From: Eledone cirrhosa
Lineage: Eukaryota
Assembly: GCA_964016885.1 (NCBI GenBank)
Contig: OZ024755.1
Coordinates: 27,528,001 to 27,592,000 of the forward strand
Direction: 5' to 3'
DNA: 64,000 nucleotides
Part shown: positions 40,096 through 52,668 of the stretch, one piece after another
Position numbering within the stretch: position 1 is the stretch's first letter
Layout: each line of letters begins with the position of its first letter
The notes under the pieces: model-generated
What the model was told of the DNA's origin: nothing
What the model saw: only the letters and a program-made list of their open reading frames with translations
Database searches by the model: none
Made by a program: the position numbers and the translations under genes

Positions 40096-41770
40096 ACTTC
40101 CGGCTAGGACAGCGACTTATTTAATTTTTATTTAAAAAAAAAAAAAGAAATGGATTATCAGCGATCTTTTAATAAGTGGTAGACGAAACAAAATCAAACA
40201 AATCGACAAATTCCATCCTACATAATTCAACTCCCAAGTCAATTGTCCGGCGGAAGCTGTCTGTGATCTTAAAATGAAACATTGTTAATGTTTAAACTGC
40301 AAGGTCATCGTGGTGGCAGTATCGGTAGGGCGTCGAACAACATGCTTTGTGGCTCTTTACGATCTGAATTCAAATCCTGTCTAGGTTACCTTTGCTTTCA
40401 TCCTTACGGGGGTCGATAAAATAAAATACCAGTAGTGTAATGAGTCGGTTTAATCGACTTTCCTCTCCCCAAAATTATTGGATTTCTACCTAAATCAGAA
40501 ATCGTTATTTAAACTCAGTTTGCCTTTCATCCTTACGGGGTCGATAAAATAAAGTACCAGTAATGCATTGTGTTATTGCTGGCCTTGTGCCTAAAGTAGA
40601 AACAGTTATTTAAACTGTCAGTGATGTGTAGTCGTCTATTTAATTTCGTCTCTTTAAATCTCAGGTTGAAATACATCTAGTGAGGTGATTGGCAGAATCG
40701 TTAGAGCATCTGGCAAAATGTTTTGTGGTATTTAGTTACGACCCTTTACGTTCTGAATTTAGATCATAAAACAATTACTAGTCTTGTACTTGGATAAATG
40801 CGGTTGACTATTCCTGTCTTTGTTATATATATATATATATATATGTATAGGTGTCACGTTAAAAAGCACCCAGCCCACACTGTAAAGTGGTTGTGTAGGT
40901 GACACGCAAGAAGTACCCAACCCACACTGTAAAGTGGTCGAGTAGGTGTCACAAGAAGTACCCAACCTACACTGCATCTTACCAAGCATTGAGTACTCTA
41001 ATGATTTGTGGTCTCAGACCCTGTATTTTTTACCATTTCAGAAAATATATATATATATATATACACACACCAGTTTGGTGCCTCTATCTTGTTTCCACCT
41101 AACAGTCTGAACAATGCATAGGTAATAAAGTTATAATTAGGAAGGTGTAGATTACGGCTAGATAACTTAAAAAATTGTCAACCATCAAGAGCAATTATTA
41201 AAAGTTTTGTGTCTATTATTTTATTTGTAATTTGCAATAAATATATATAATCTCATGCTACATTGTGATGGATTTATTTGTTGTCTTAGAACTCATCCTT
41301 CATTTTTCAGCATGTGGCTTTCGAGACGTTTGGGGGAGTCGAGCCGCTGACTGCGAGGTTCCTTTCCTCATTGGCGGCTCGCCTAATAGAGGTGACTGGC
41401 GAATCTCGCGAGGGTGCTTGGCTGTTTCAGCGCATCAGCCTCGCCATCACCCGAGGCAACGTTGCGAGTGTGCTGGCTTGCCTCAGAGAAGTTGCCCAGT
41501 ACTCTTGACGTTGCTATCTTTTGATCTGGTGTTGGCTCCGTTGTTCACCCCTTCCTTTACTTTTTCTTTAATATTGTAACATTAAAAGAATATATCTTTC
41601 GTTGTATCAAAAAAAGAACTCATCTTCCATGATCAAATAGTGAGATCCAACTCAATAATAAAAAAATAAGAATAAAGATTTAAAAAAAAAAAACTTCAGT
41701 TGTGTGTTATCTTAACAACCGGAAGTAAAATGCTATTTCGTTTCCACAAAATATTCCGCATTTATCGATA
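40096..41770. promoter_or_regulatory. Divergent promoter region between the TK2-like gene (-) and RPN2 (+)
   Basis: ETS/GABP-type sites ACTTCCGG at 40096-40103 (about 160 nt upstream of the TK2 ATG) and CCGGAAGT at 41719-41726. DRE-like TATCGATA at 41763-41770. Confidence 0.5.
41298..41614 (+). mobile_element. 5'-truncated CRE-like (restriction-like endonuclease) non-LTR retrotransposon with poly(A) and 10-bp TSD
   Basis: Encodes (V)AFETFGGVEPLTARFLSSLAARLIEVTGESREGAWLFQRISLAITRGNVASVL, the C-terminal RLE signature. ATTAAA at 41581 and an A-tail. TSD AGAACTCATC at 41288-41297 and 41615-41624. Confidence 0.8.
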
Positions 41771-42089
41771 AAAATATTTAAAAAAAATGTTATTCATTTA
41801 ATTATTATTAAAATTAATATAATATTTTTAGTAATTAAAATTATTTTAAATTTATATGAAACTCGTTATTATTCATGTATCAAAACAGAGAAGTCAGAGG
41901 AAAAAAATCTAACATCGTTCTTTTCAGCGAACGAACGATTTATTGCCACGTTCAAGGCAACATATATTACATTTATAGAGTGGAAGTCTGTTCTCGCTCT
42001 TTCGGGTATAGTGAAAACATTTCTTTATTATATATATCATTGCTTCTGTATTATCTATGCTAATTATCCTCTGAAATTGTTTTTTTACA

Positions 42090-43967
42090 ATGCGGACACT
42101 TTGTATTTTTGCTTTGTTTACGGCTTGTTTAGCCTTAACACCGACGTCGTATATTACTTCACTTGATCTAACCCGTTTCAAATCTGTATTTGAATCATCA
42201 TTAACTAGTAAAGATGTTCAAAGTATTCACTATGCTACGGCAGGTTTCTTTTTACTAGGAGAAGCACCAACAAATCCTCAAGAAATCTGCAACAATCTTA
42301 AAGCTGATACTTCTAGCCTCTCTTCAATGTACCACGTCTCTACTGCCGCAAAACTCCTGAAAACATGTAAGGTTAAGATTGACGCCGGTAAATCTCTTCT
42401 GGCTAATTCTATTAAACCTGATTCTCCTGTTTTGGATATATTCTATGCTTTCTATGCTTTGAAAAATTCAGGAATTCCATTTGATGAAAGTGCTGTAATT
42501 GCGGCACTAACCGAATCTTTGAAAAAGGATGATTCGCCGGCGAGCCATGGCTACGCCTTCATATTGGCCACTGAATTGAACGGGGATGTTTCTAAATTTT
42601 ACGATTCCATCGAAGATATAATTGCCCAGGCTGATGAAGTTGATGAAAAATACTTACAGTTCGAAGGTGGACTGTATGTAACATCTTTAGTTGTTGATGG
42701 GGCATATAAATTGGCTGAAAAACTGCAGAAAGCCCCCGCTATTTCAGAAGATAAGGTTATAAAGTTGACCAATTACTTCTTAAGTCGCAAGCATGTGCAC
42801 CAACTAAAAAGCGCTTGCCATTTATTATGTGTTATTAAAACTCTAACTAAAAATTCATTCCATGTACCCATTGCAATCACCCGTGCCAGCTCGGTAGCCG
42901 TGAGCCCTATGTCTCCCCGGGTTCAAATTCGTGTTACCAATTTGATGGGTGATCCTATTGGAAAATTGGGTGTAACAGCTGAATCGGCTCGTCATATTTC
43001 TGATGATGCTGTCGTCTTGAGCAAAAAACCATTTTCTACTACCAGTGATAAATCTTTGTATGAATTAAACTTTCTGCAAAACAAACCAACTCGTGGTTTT
43101 TATAAAATTGTAGTTAGCGTTACACCGACCAAACCAGACAAACGTTTCATTGGCATCACTGGAGCTGAGGTTCAAGTGAAAGTAACCACTCATGTAACTT
43201 TGGAAAATATTGAAATTGGCGTTGCAGACAAAGATCAAACAACTGCTACTAGAACCACAAAACTTCAATATCCGAATAAAGCTGCCAATCCACTTGTAGC
43301 AGATTACCACCAAAAGATTCTTATGAAATTTCAGCTGAAGGATAAAAGTAACGGCCAATTAATGACAGCTCATCAAGCTTTCGTAAGACTTACCAATCTA
43401 AAAACCAAACAAGAAATTATATTTGTGACCGAAGCAGATAATTCTATGACCAATAAATTTGACCTGGATGTTGGTAGTGGTGCTAAAGACTTTGGCTCCT
43501 TATCTGGACGTTACTCCATGGAACTTATTATTGGAGATGCTGTGATTGAAAATCCATTTTCTTGGTACTTAGCTGATACATATCTAACTTTCCCTGAAAT
43601 GAGTGTTCCCAGCAAACCAACAGTGAACCAGTATTCTCCGAAACCAGCCATTCAGCATGAATTTAAACGACCTGAGAAACGACCACCAAAATTAGTTTCG
43701 TTTATTTTCACTGCTCTTGTTGTTTTGCCTATACTCATCCTCTTTACTCTGTGGGGTAAAATTGGAGTGAATATTTCCAACTTCCCCATGTCTGCAAGTG
43801 CTATAGGCTTTCATGTATGCTTGGCTAGCATCTTTGGTTGCTATACTCTTTATTGGAATTACCTAAACATGTTTCAAACTTTGAAATATGTTGGAATATT
43901 GTCTATCCCCACATTCTTGTTTGGAAATAGATTACTTAGCAACATAGCTGCACAGAGGAAAAAATGA
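42090..43967 (+). CDS. RPN2: Ribophorin II (oligosaccharyltransferase subunit 2), single coding exon, 625 aa
   Basis: Uninterrupted ORF with a signal peptide, RPN2 motifs (IEDIIAQADE..LQFEGGL, AHQAFVRL, QEIIFV, LIIGDAVIENPFSW, PKPAIQHEFKRPEKRPP) and three C-terminal hydrophobic segments. AATAAA follows near 44035. Confidence 0.96.
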   Translation: MRTLCIFALFTACLALTPTSYITSLDLTRFKSVFESSLTSKDVQSIHYATAGFFLLGEAPTNPQEICNNLKADTSSLSSMYHVSTAAKLLKTCKVKIDAGKSLLANSIKPDSPVLDIFYAFYALKNSGIPFDESAVIAALTESLKKDDSPASHGYAFILATELNGDVSKFYDSIEDIIAQADEVDEKYLQFEGGLYVTSLVVDGAYKLAEKLQKAPAISEDKVIKLTNYFLSRKHVHQLKSACHLLCVIKTLTKNSFHVPIAITRASSVAVSPMSPRVQIRVTNLMGDPIGKLGVTAESARHISDDAVVLSKKPFSTTSDKSLYELNFLQNKPTRGFYKIVVSVTPTKPDKRFIGITGAEVQVKVTTHVTLENIEIGVADKDQTTATRTTKLQYPNKAANPLVADYHQKILMKFQLKDKSNGQLMTAHQAFVRLTNLKTKQEIIFVTEADNSMTNKFDLDVGSGAKDFGSLSGRYSMELIIGDAVIENPFSWYLADTYLTFPEMSVPSKPTVNQYSPKPAIQHEFKRPEKRPPKLVSFIFTALVVLPILILFTLWGKIGVNISNFPMSASAIGFHVCLASIFGCYTLYWNYLNMFQTLKYVGILSIPTFLFGNRLLSNIAAQRKK

Positions 43968-44994
43968 GAACTTATGGAAGTTTTTTTTTTTTTTTTAAAA
44001 ACAAACCATTGCATCATTTTCATTCCAATTTAATAATAAATAAATATAAAATAGAGAAAAAAATTAAAAACACAGCAAATAGTTTTCTTTTATCTTTATT
44101 TTAAAATATTGTTTGTTTGATATAATGTTTCACTCGAAAATTGAACTTTTAATAAGATTTTAATTTTCCAGATTATTAACTTCTCTTAATAGAATGTACT
44201 GGTTGCATTTTATTGTGGCACTAGCACTATAAATGTTGTCATGTCTTCAACAAGACTAAAGTGGTCTCTTTTCTTGGTGTTTCTGTTTAATCACTTTACA
44301 GTATGTACTGGGTGCATGTTATCATGGCACCACCAACAGAGAACTTGCCTGGGTCACTGCGTGACAAAAGTTTGTGTTTAAAATATCTCCCATACATCTC
44401 TCACAAGGGCAGTACGAAGTATGCATCTAGTAAAGCCTCCAGCACGCACTGTAAAGTGGCCCTCTTCAGCCACTGCATCTCTCCATTTGTCATGGTCCTT
44501 ATATGTATATATATATATATATATACATGTATGTATATATTTAATATAGAAATGGCTTCTACAGGACTAGAACTGTTTCATTCGAAGGAAATTATCAGGA
44601 TGTTCTAGTCCTGTAGATGCCATTTCTATATTAAATATGTATACTCTGCTATGTATTGAGTACTTTACTTAATGTGGTTACCCCCGATTGAACCTGGGAT
44701 ACTCACACATATATAAATATATATATACACATACACATGTACAAGTAATTGAACGACGAACCCCAAATGATTTGAGAGAAAAAGTGGACATTGGAAAATA
44801 AATGCGTGTGTGCAGATATTTGGTTCAAATGTAGTCTAGGGGAGATCACCAGTGTCAGTATTATGTAGTCAGCTAATGTCTGTTGAGTGGTACATTCCTT
44901 AAAACTAATAAACATTTGCAGCAATTGTATGAATTGGAAAAGCTAAAGTATTAATAGTTGATTGTTAGAGACGTGAGGGTTTTACCATTTACCC

Positions 44995-47900
44995 CTGTGT
45001 TAGATGTAGAAACCCCATATAACACACCACTGTCAGTGTCTGCGTAGTCTGTGGTTCGATGTCGCAGTCACATACGTCTCCATCCGTTAAATACCCCCAT
45101 TTTGCAAGAATGACTTTTGCACGTCCAACACCAGATCTTAGTTTGTTTAGGCATTTCCACACTACATAGTTTGTATCTGCTCCAGGGGACAGTGCCTCGC
45201 TCGCCTTTAGCTCCATTGTTGATACTGATGGGAGGTTAAGTTTTTCTTCCCAGGGAGTGGCTGTTTCACTACTTATGTTTGATGTTCCAAAGGGCTTGAC
45301 ACTCTTTAGGAAACTTTTCCTCGATTTAAGGTGGCTTTTGGCTGGCACATGGCCAAAGAGAGGATGTCTTTGATCTGTAGTCTGTTGTTGACAGTCTTTG
45401 TTGCTTGTTGCACTTTGTCGTATCTCTGGTGGGGCTATGCCTGCCAGGATATACCGACGGTCTGTAGGCAGCCTGTGTTGAAGCGGCAGCTAGCATTGAG
45501 GGCAGGATATAGCTTCTGAACATGCACAGCTCACTCCCATACTGGGCATGCATACTTGGTAGCAGAGAGCTAGTGCATTTGACTTCAGAGTCTGGGCTTA
45601 CATCCCAGGTTGTGCCAGTTAGCTTGCGGATGATGTTGCTCCTCGCACTCACTTTGCATTTGGTCTTCTCAATGTGGATCTTAAAAGAAAGACACTTGTT
45701 CAGGGTTACACCTAGATAGACTGGGTGCTTACAGTGTTCAAGGGGGGTTCCTGACCAGTTGACCTTCAGTTGGAGCTTGGCTTTATGCTTTCACAGGTGG
45801 AAAGCACACACCTGAGTCTTGGATGGATTTGCTCGTAGGTGGTTCTCTTCATAATAAGGGATTAGTTCTTCCAGAGCATTGGAGAGTCTATCTTCCACAA
45901 CTTTGAAATCAATGTCATGTGCACCTATGCCAAGATTGTCTGCATAGCTGAAGCAGCGGGTGTCTGCACTTTTTGGTCGGTCGTTAGTATAGATGTCGAA
46001 GAGAAGTGGTGCAAGAACACTTCCCTGTGGGAGGCCATTCTCAAGTCTTTGCCATCTGCTTTTCTTCCTTCCTAGCTCAACAAAGAAGAGCCTGTTTTCA
46101 AGCATGCTTTCAATCAACTCCGTCAGACAGGTGTCTCCTGAGATTTCCAGGATCTTGCTAAGGAGACGTCTGTGGTTGACTGTGTCATAAGCAGCTGAGA
46201 GGTCAACAAACAGCATACCAGTTGCCATCCCTTCCTCATAACCATTCTTGATGTACTGGGTGAGGTTGAGTACTTGGCTAGTTGTTGACTTGCCAGGGCG
46301 GAAGCCTCCTTGTTCAGGGATGAGTTTTCGTCCACAGAGGCGCCAATTCTTTTGAGGATCAGGCGTTCAAAAAGCTTGTAGGTGTGACTCAAAAGTGAGA
46401 TTGAAGTTCTTAAGAATGGATAGATCTTTCCCAGGTTTCAGGAGTGCTAAAATGTGAGCCTTCTTCCAGCTGTTGAGGAACTTGTATGTTGTTAAGCACT
46501 CATTGTAGAGCTGTAGGAGCCACTTCTTTGCCTTGTGACCAAAGTGCTTGATCGGTTGCGATGTTATCCAGTCCAATTGCCTTTCCTGGTTTGAGGGTAG
46601 AGATTCCTCTTTCCAGCTCTCTATGATAAATGGTCATGTAAAAGCAGGGTCCGCAGTGTATTTCTTGCGGTTTAGTTTGATCTTGTTCCCTCTCTTTCTA
46701 CTATTTCCATTCTCTGGCAGTGACTATTGAGTGCTGCACTCAACACTCAATAGTTACTGCCAACCAATTGCCAGAGAATGGAAATAGTGGAAAGAGAGGG
46801 AACAAGATCAAACTAAACCACTTTAGGATCACCACATCGCTTGTGAATAAGTATCAATGCTTTCTTGCTGTTTTTTTTACATGTCCATAGGCTCAATAAG
46901 AGCATTCCAGGTCTTGCCTCACTATTAGGCAATGCTGCCCATCACCTCGCCTTGGGCAGTTGTTTCTTCTGAGGAGGGGTTTGCTTCAAACATGCTATGG
47001 TTGGCATAGAGTCCTGTACATTCCTTTGAAAAGTCCAGGTATATATTCAACTCAGCAGCCTCATGGGAAATGTTTCCGAGCAGTTTTCTGCACCAGGTAA
47101 GCAAAGAGGTTGTAGTTATTGCTTGTTGGTATTATATGTTTGATCTTCTCTTCCAGCTCGTTGGTGAAACCTTTCCAGTCTGCTTTCTTGTAGTTGAAGC
47201 GCCTTTTAAAAGACACGGTGGTAGGAACTACAGCTGCATTGATTAGCATCCCAATTTGATGGTGTTGGCTGAATGGAATAGGATCCAGCACAGTCTTTTT
47301 ACACAGTCCAGTGATGTTGCTTGTGACCATGGTGAGATCTGGGTTAGAGCCACGTTTCCAGTGAGCTCTGTAAAACAAGTGTGGTAGCTCGGGGTCATGG
47401 ATAATACTCCATCACTGTTTCTCCATCCTCGTTCATTTCAGGATAGCCCCACTGGGTACTGTGGCTATTGAAGTTACCGATAACGATCTATGGTTTGCTG
47501 GGTATTTGGGGGATTAGCTTGGAAAACAAAGTCTACAGGTGGTGGTTTATAGACAGATGCTACTAATACACTGCTTAGCTCAAGGGGTTAAACTTCGATG
47601 TTATGGTCATTTGATATGTCCCTTTCTTCTTTAGCTAAGCCTGTTTTTACAAACATAGCACTGCTGTACTGCCGATGGGGGGGGGGGGGGGTCGCTCAAT
47701 GGCCAGGACCATTCCAGGTATGGTGGGACGGTTGTTTTCACTCTCTGTGCATCTCTTCGAAGCAGAGAACATCACAGTGCTGCTTGCTGCACAGGTCACC
47801 TAAGATGTTTTGTTTTGCAGAGGAGAACCCTTCAATATTCACAGATATGACTGTCAATGCCGGTCTTGAGGAAGTCCCTCCTTTCTGACACCAACCTCTG

Positions 47901-48050
47901 TGTCTATCTCCAGGCATGGTGTTTTCTCTTGGTGTTCTGTAGCTTTGTGGCTTGTAGCTTTCAGCTTTTGGCTGTTTTGTAGCTCATAACTGTTGCTTGT
48001 GGTGGTGTTAGGATTAGCAGTATCTTGTCGATACTTCCAGGGCTGTGGCG
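44995..48050 (-). mobile_element. Decayed near full-length LINE, Ingi/Vingi-like (APE + RT + C-terminal Cys knuckle)
   Basis: EN: PALTVISVNIEG, SVYKPP, GNFNSHSTQWGY, HDPELP..WKRGSNPDL. RT: FVDLSAAYDTV, GLPQGSVLAPLLF, YADN. C-terminus: WKCLNKLRSGVGRAK..KWGY..CDC. The clade is assigned from remembered motif style, not from a search. Confidence 0.8.
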
Positions 48051-50249
48051 TTGACGCTCCTATCTTGACCCCAGTTTGGTTGATGAGAGATAGAAAGGAG
48101 ATAGCGTGGTGGCAGGAGGGAGTCAGATCTAAAGACATGGGGGGGGGAAGAGGAGATGCAGGGAGAGAGGGGATGTTGAGTGAATAGGATGTAAAGCAGA
48201 GAGAGGAAAAGAAGGGACAAAGAGAGAGAGAGAGAATAGCGGGGGGGGGGGGGGGGGGGGGGCAAAAAGAGAAAGAAGGATTTGAGAATGAGAAAGAAAA
48301 AGAGATAAGTAGAAAGTGCAGAGTAAGAGAGAGAGAGTGTGTGTGATTATAGGAGGGAAACAGCGACAGAGAGTTCAAATCCTGCTGAGGTTAACTTTGC
48401 TTTTCATCCTTACGGGGTCGATAAAATAAAGTACCACTAATGTACTGGAATACTTGCTGGCCTTGTGCCCAAAATAGAAACAATTATTATATGTGCTATA
48501 CATGCACCTTTGATCAGTTGTAGTGCATCTGAGCACTGTACACAATAATTTCATTATTATTTTATTAAATGGAAGTAAATCTAGACGACACAATATGAAA
48601 AATTAAACACGATATTAGAAAAATATTTTTGTAAATAAGACAATTTATATATACATACATGCATACATAAATATATACATACGTTTGTTTAGCAAGATTC
48701 TTTATCAACATGACCCTCCCAAAGCATAACAATATATACATATGTTTACAGTTATATTTATATATATACACACACATGTAACATCATCTGCTAAGACAAC
48801 AACGAATACCTTTACCGGAATTTCACGAAGTTTAGGGTTTAATCTTACTTTTACTTCGTTATTTTTCCTTATTAATGTTTTATTATAAAGTTGTGAATGT
48901 AATTATGGCGAATACATTGGTTTTTTATTGTCGGATTTTATTAATTTATTCATTTTGTCCTAGATATTTTTACCTGGTAGAGCGCCCAAGTAGGGACTTG
49001 GTGTTTTCTGTATGTTTACAGATTTATTTCCCCTTGACTCTAAAATTGGACACCCCGATTTTATTTCAGGAGAACGAAGAGAAGTGAGTGTTTATGTTTG
49101 GTTGGTCAGAAAGGAGATAGTGTGGTGGTAGGAGGGGGTCAGCTGTGAAGACAGAGAGAGAGAGGGAGTGAAAGGGAGAGAAAGGCAGAGGAGATGCACA
49201 GATAGAAAGAGAGAGATCTTGAGTGAATAGGAGGTAAGGCAGAGAGAGGTAAAAAGAAGGGTCAAAGAGATAGAGAATGAGAGAGAGAGAAGTAGTAAGT
49301 GCAGAATATGAGAGTGGGGAAACAAAAAGAAAGATAGAGAAAGTTACTATAGGAGGCAAACAGTGACAGAGAGAAAGAGACGAAGAAGGAAGGGAGAGAG
49401 AGAGATAGATAGTAAAAAGGCTGTGAGAGAAGGGGCTGGTAAAAAGAGAGAGAAAGTAGAGGTTGTGTGAGAAGGGGAAGAAAGAAAGAGAGAGAGAGTG
49501 ATACAGTCAGTAAACGAAGGGGAGTGAGTTGAGAATTTTGTCGAGATTAAATGGAAGAAAACCAGACGACACAATATGGAATATTAAATACGTTAGAAAA
49601 ATATTTTTATAAATAAGACAATAATTTATATACATACATACATAAATATATATATACATACATAAATACATACATATTTTTACAGGTATATTTTTCTCTC
49701 AGTTCATCCAAGTTTCGTCGTTCACTTTACAATTGTTGCACCTCCAGTGAATTGTGGTCAATTAGTTGACATGTGTTCACCGGTATATCGAGTACTCTGG
49801 TGTGCGTTATGGTCCACCTGGTGTCTACCACACCTATGTTGTTTATATATATATATATATATTGGGTATTAGATATATATATATATATATATATAAATTG
49901 GGTATTAGAGGGTAATTAGATATATATATATAAATTGGGTATTAGAGGGTAATTAGATATATATATATAAATTGGGTATGAGAGAGTAATTATATATATA
50001 TATATAATTGGGTATGAGAGGGATCAGATGTGGTGGACTACATACCCAAATATACACTGTAGTAAAAGTTTGGTAGTCAGTCCATAGAACGAATTTGGTA
50101 TAAATAGTTACAATAGTGACATAAACAAGTTTGGTTGGGTTATGGACCCCCAACACAGCCTGTCATAAGGAAAAAAAAAATCTTATGACGGGCTGAATGA
50201 GTGGAGGTCAAAAACCCAACCAAACTTAAGTACCTGTTTATGTTACTGT

Positions 50250-50282
<33 letters not shown>

Positions 50283-50533
50283 GGGTTAAAATACTGGAGC
50301 GTGTTGGAGTTAAACACCCTCTTCGTATTATAGAAATGACAGTAAAAGGTATAGCTCAATGTAGTTAAACAGAGCCGAAGAATTATGAAATTATATATAT
50401 ATTCAATGATATTAAATAAATGGAAACTATATTTATAAAACCATATTTATTCTATTACTCTTTTACCCGTTTCATCCATGCTGGGGCACCGATATATTTC
50501 AAGGGTACCAACATTGTGGTACGCTATCATCAG

Positions 50534-50854
50534 ATAAAATACAAAATGTTTTATAAATATTTGACATAACCAAGGATAATATACGTTAACGGTTCAAGTT
50601 ATCCAACCATAATTCTTCATATAATCTAATTGATCACACATACAACACCACAACTCATAATATAGGTAACAAATCTTTCTCTCCCAAATTAACGTTAATT
50701 TTGGAGAGTAAAGATTTGTTACCTATAATATGAGTTGTGGTGTTGTATGTGTGAACAATTAGATTATATGAAGAATTATGGTTGGATAACTTGAACCGTT
50801 AACGTATATTATCCTTGGTTATGTCAAATATTTATAAAACATTTTGTATTTTAT
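50534..50854. repeat. Near-perfect spacerless palindrome, about 160-bp arms
   Basis: Centre AATTAACGTTAATT; the arms match with only a handful of mismatches. Confidence 0.92.
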
Positions 50855-52479
50855 TTATAAACATTATATTTGTTGAATTACCAACAAATTAAATATCCCT
50901 TCTGCTTATATATATATATAGTTACAACAGTGTGAGCTGGATATATTTTGTTCATGGTGTATGGGTGGTGTGGACAGCAGTGGGTGGGGGTATAGATGTT
51001 AAGAGGTGCCTACTCAATGTATGTTTGAGTCTGTGTGCATGGGAAGCCGGGTTTTCTGTATTACTGCATAACGCCAAATATCTCGATCCTGTGTCATTGT
51101 CTTTGAGAGGTTTAGTTGCACAAGGTCAGCTTTTATCACCTTGTCCTAGGTCTTCCTACTCCATAGTTCCCATCAGTTTTGATCGTTCTGCACTTTTTTT
51201 TTATACAGCTGTTGTCCTTGGTACGCAACACATGGCCATACCAACACGATCTCCTCTCTAGTCCACCACATCTGATCCCTCTCATACCCAATTTTCTCTT
51301 AGTTCCTTTACTCTTTGCCGTTTGTTCATCATCATCATCACTTAATGTCTATCTTCCACGCTAGCATGGGTTAGACGGGAGTCGTCCCTATTGAGGCAAG
51401 ATTGATCGGGTGACTGTGTCTCGCTCGTATAAAACTGTACCTGGCAGGTTTTCTACGGCTGGATGCCCTTCCTAACACCAACCACATTTACAGTGTGGAC
51501 TGGGAGCCTTTTTACCGTGTCTCGTACACGACCACTTTACAGCGTGGACTGGGTGCTTTTTGTTGCGACACCTACACGACCACTTTACAGTGTGGGTTGG
51601 ATAATCTGTGGTACCAACATAACTTTACAGAGAAAGGGTGGTGTGAGTGGGAGGATGGAGTAGGGGTAGTGGATTGGGGTGTATATTTGGTTGAGAAGTG
51701 CCTACTGACTAGGTTTAACTTTGTAAGTAAGGGAAGGATGTATGTATATATATATATATATATATGAGGGTCGGCTGAAATATTCATAGGTTGACTATGA
51801 AGGAGTGATTTTAGAACTGTGAAATCTTGCATGCATTAATTTCAACTCTTCTTATCAATAACTGCTTTATTTCTTTCCAGTAAATATGTTGAAAAGGTAG
51901 GGAGCTTTCTTTTTATATGTTCAAAGCTAGCAGGGTATACAATGTATAAAGTTACATCCCTGTTAGTTTTGTTTTCAATCTCCACCCAAAGTGGTAGTCA
52001 ATGTAATCAACTATTCATATTTAGACTGTATCTGCCCCCTTTTGTGTGACCAACAGTGATAAAACAGGGTTGATTAAATCAACTTACCCCTAACACTAAT
52101 AATTTCTTTGTATTCCACTTTAATTAATATTAGCTACTCCTTAATTTGTCGAGTTGTATCAGACAGTGTTTTTGGCTGCTGTTTCTAGCATCATTGTAAG
52201 CCTGTCCCATAGTGCTAATATATTAAGAGAGGTTTGATCATTTAATAGTTCAACACAATGTGTTTTGGACAGCATGCTGCCTCAGCAATTGAAATGGTAT
52301 GCATAATTTCATGATTGGTATTTCCAATAAATTGTTTCTTCCACAAACAGAACCATGGTAGGAAGATCTCCATTCTCGTATAAGTTAGACTAACTACATT
52401 TTGTCTGTCTGGCTTATACTCCCACAAAGACCCTCTTCCTGCTATTTACACACACACACATTATATATATATATATATA

Positions 52480-52668
52480 AGGGCGGTGGATTGGCAGTAT
52501 CGGTAGAGGGTCGGACGCCATGCTTTCCAGCATAGTTACGTCCCTTTACGATCTGAGTTCAAATCCCGCCGAGGTTGACTTTGCTTTCATCCTTACGGGG
52601 GTCGATAAAATAAAGTACCAGTAATGCACTGGGTAATTGCTGGCCTTGTGCCTAAAGTAGAAACAATT
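52480..52668 (+). mobile_element. Nin-like SINE copy inserted in (TA)n
   Basis: Near-identical to 36468-36652. Confidence 0.88.
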
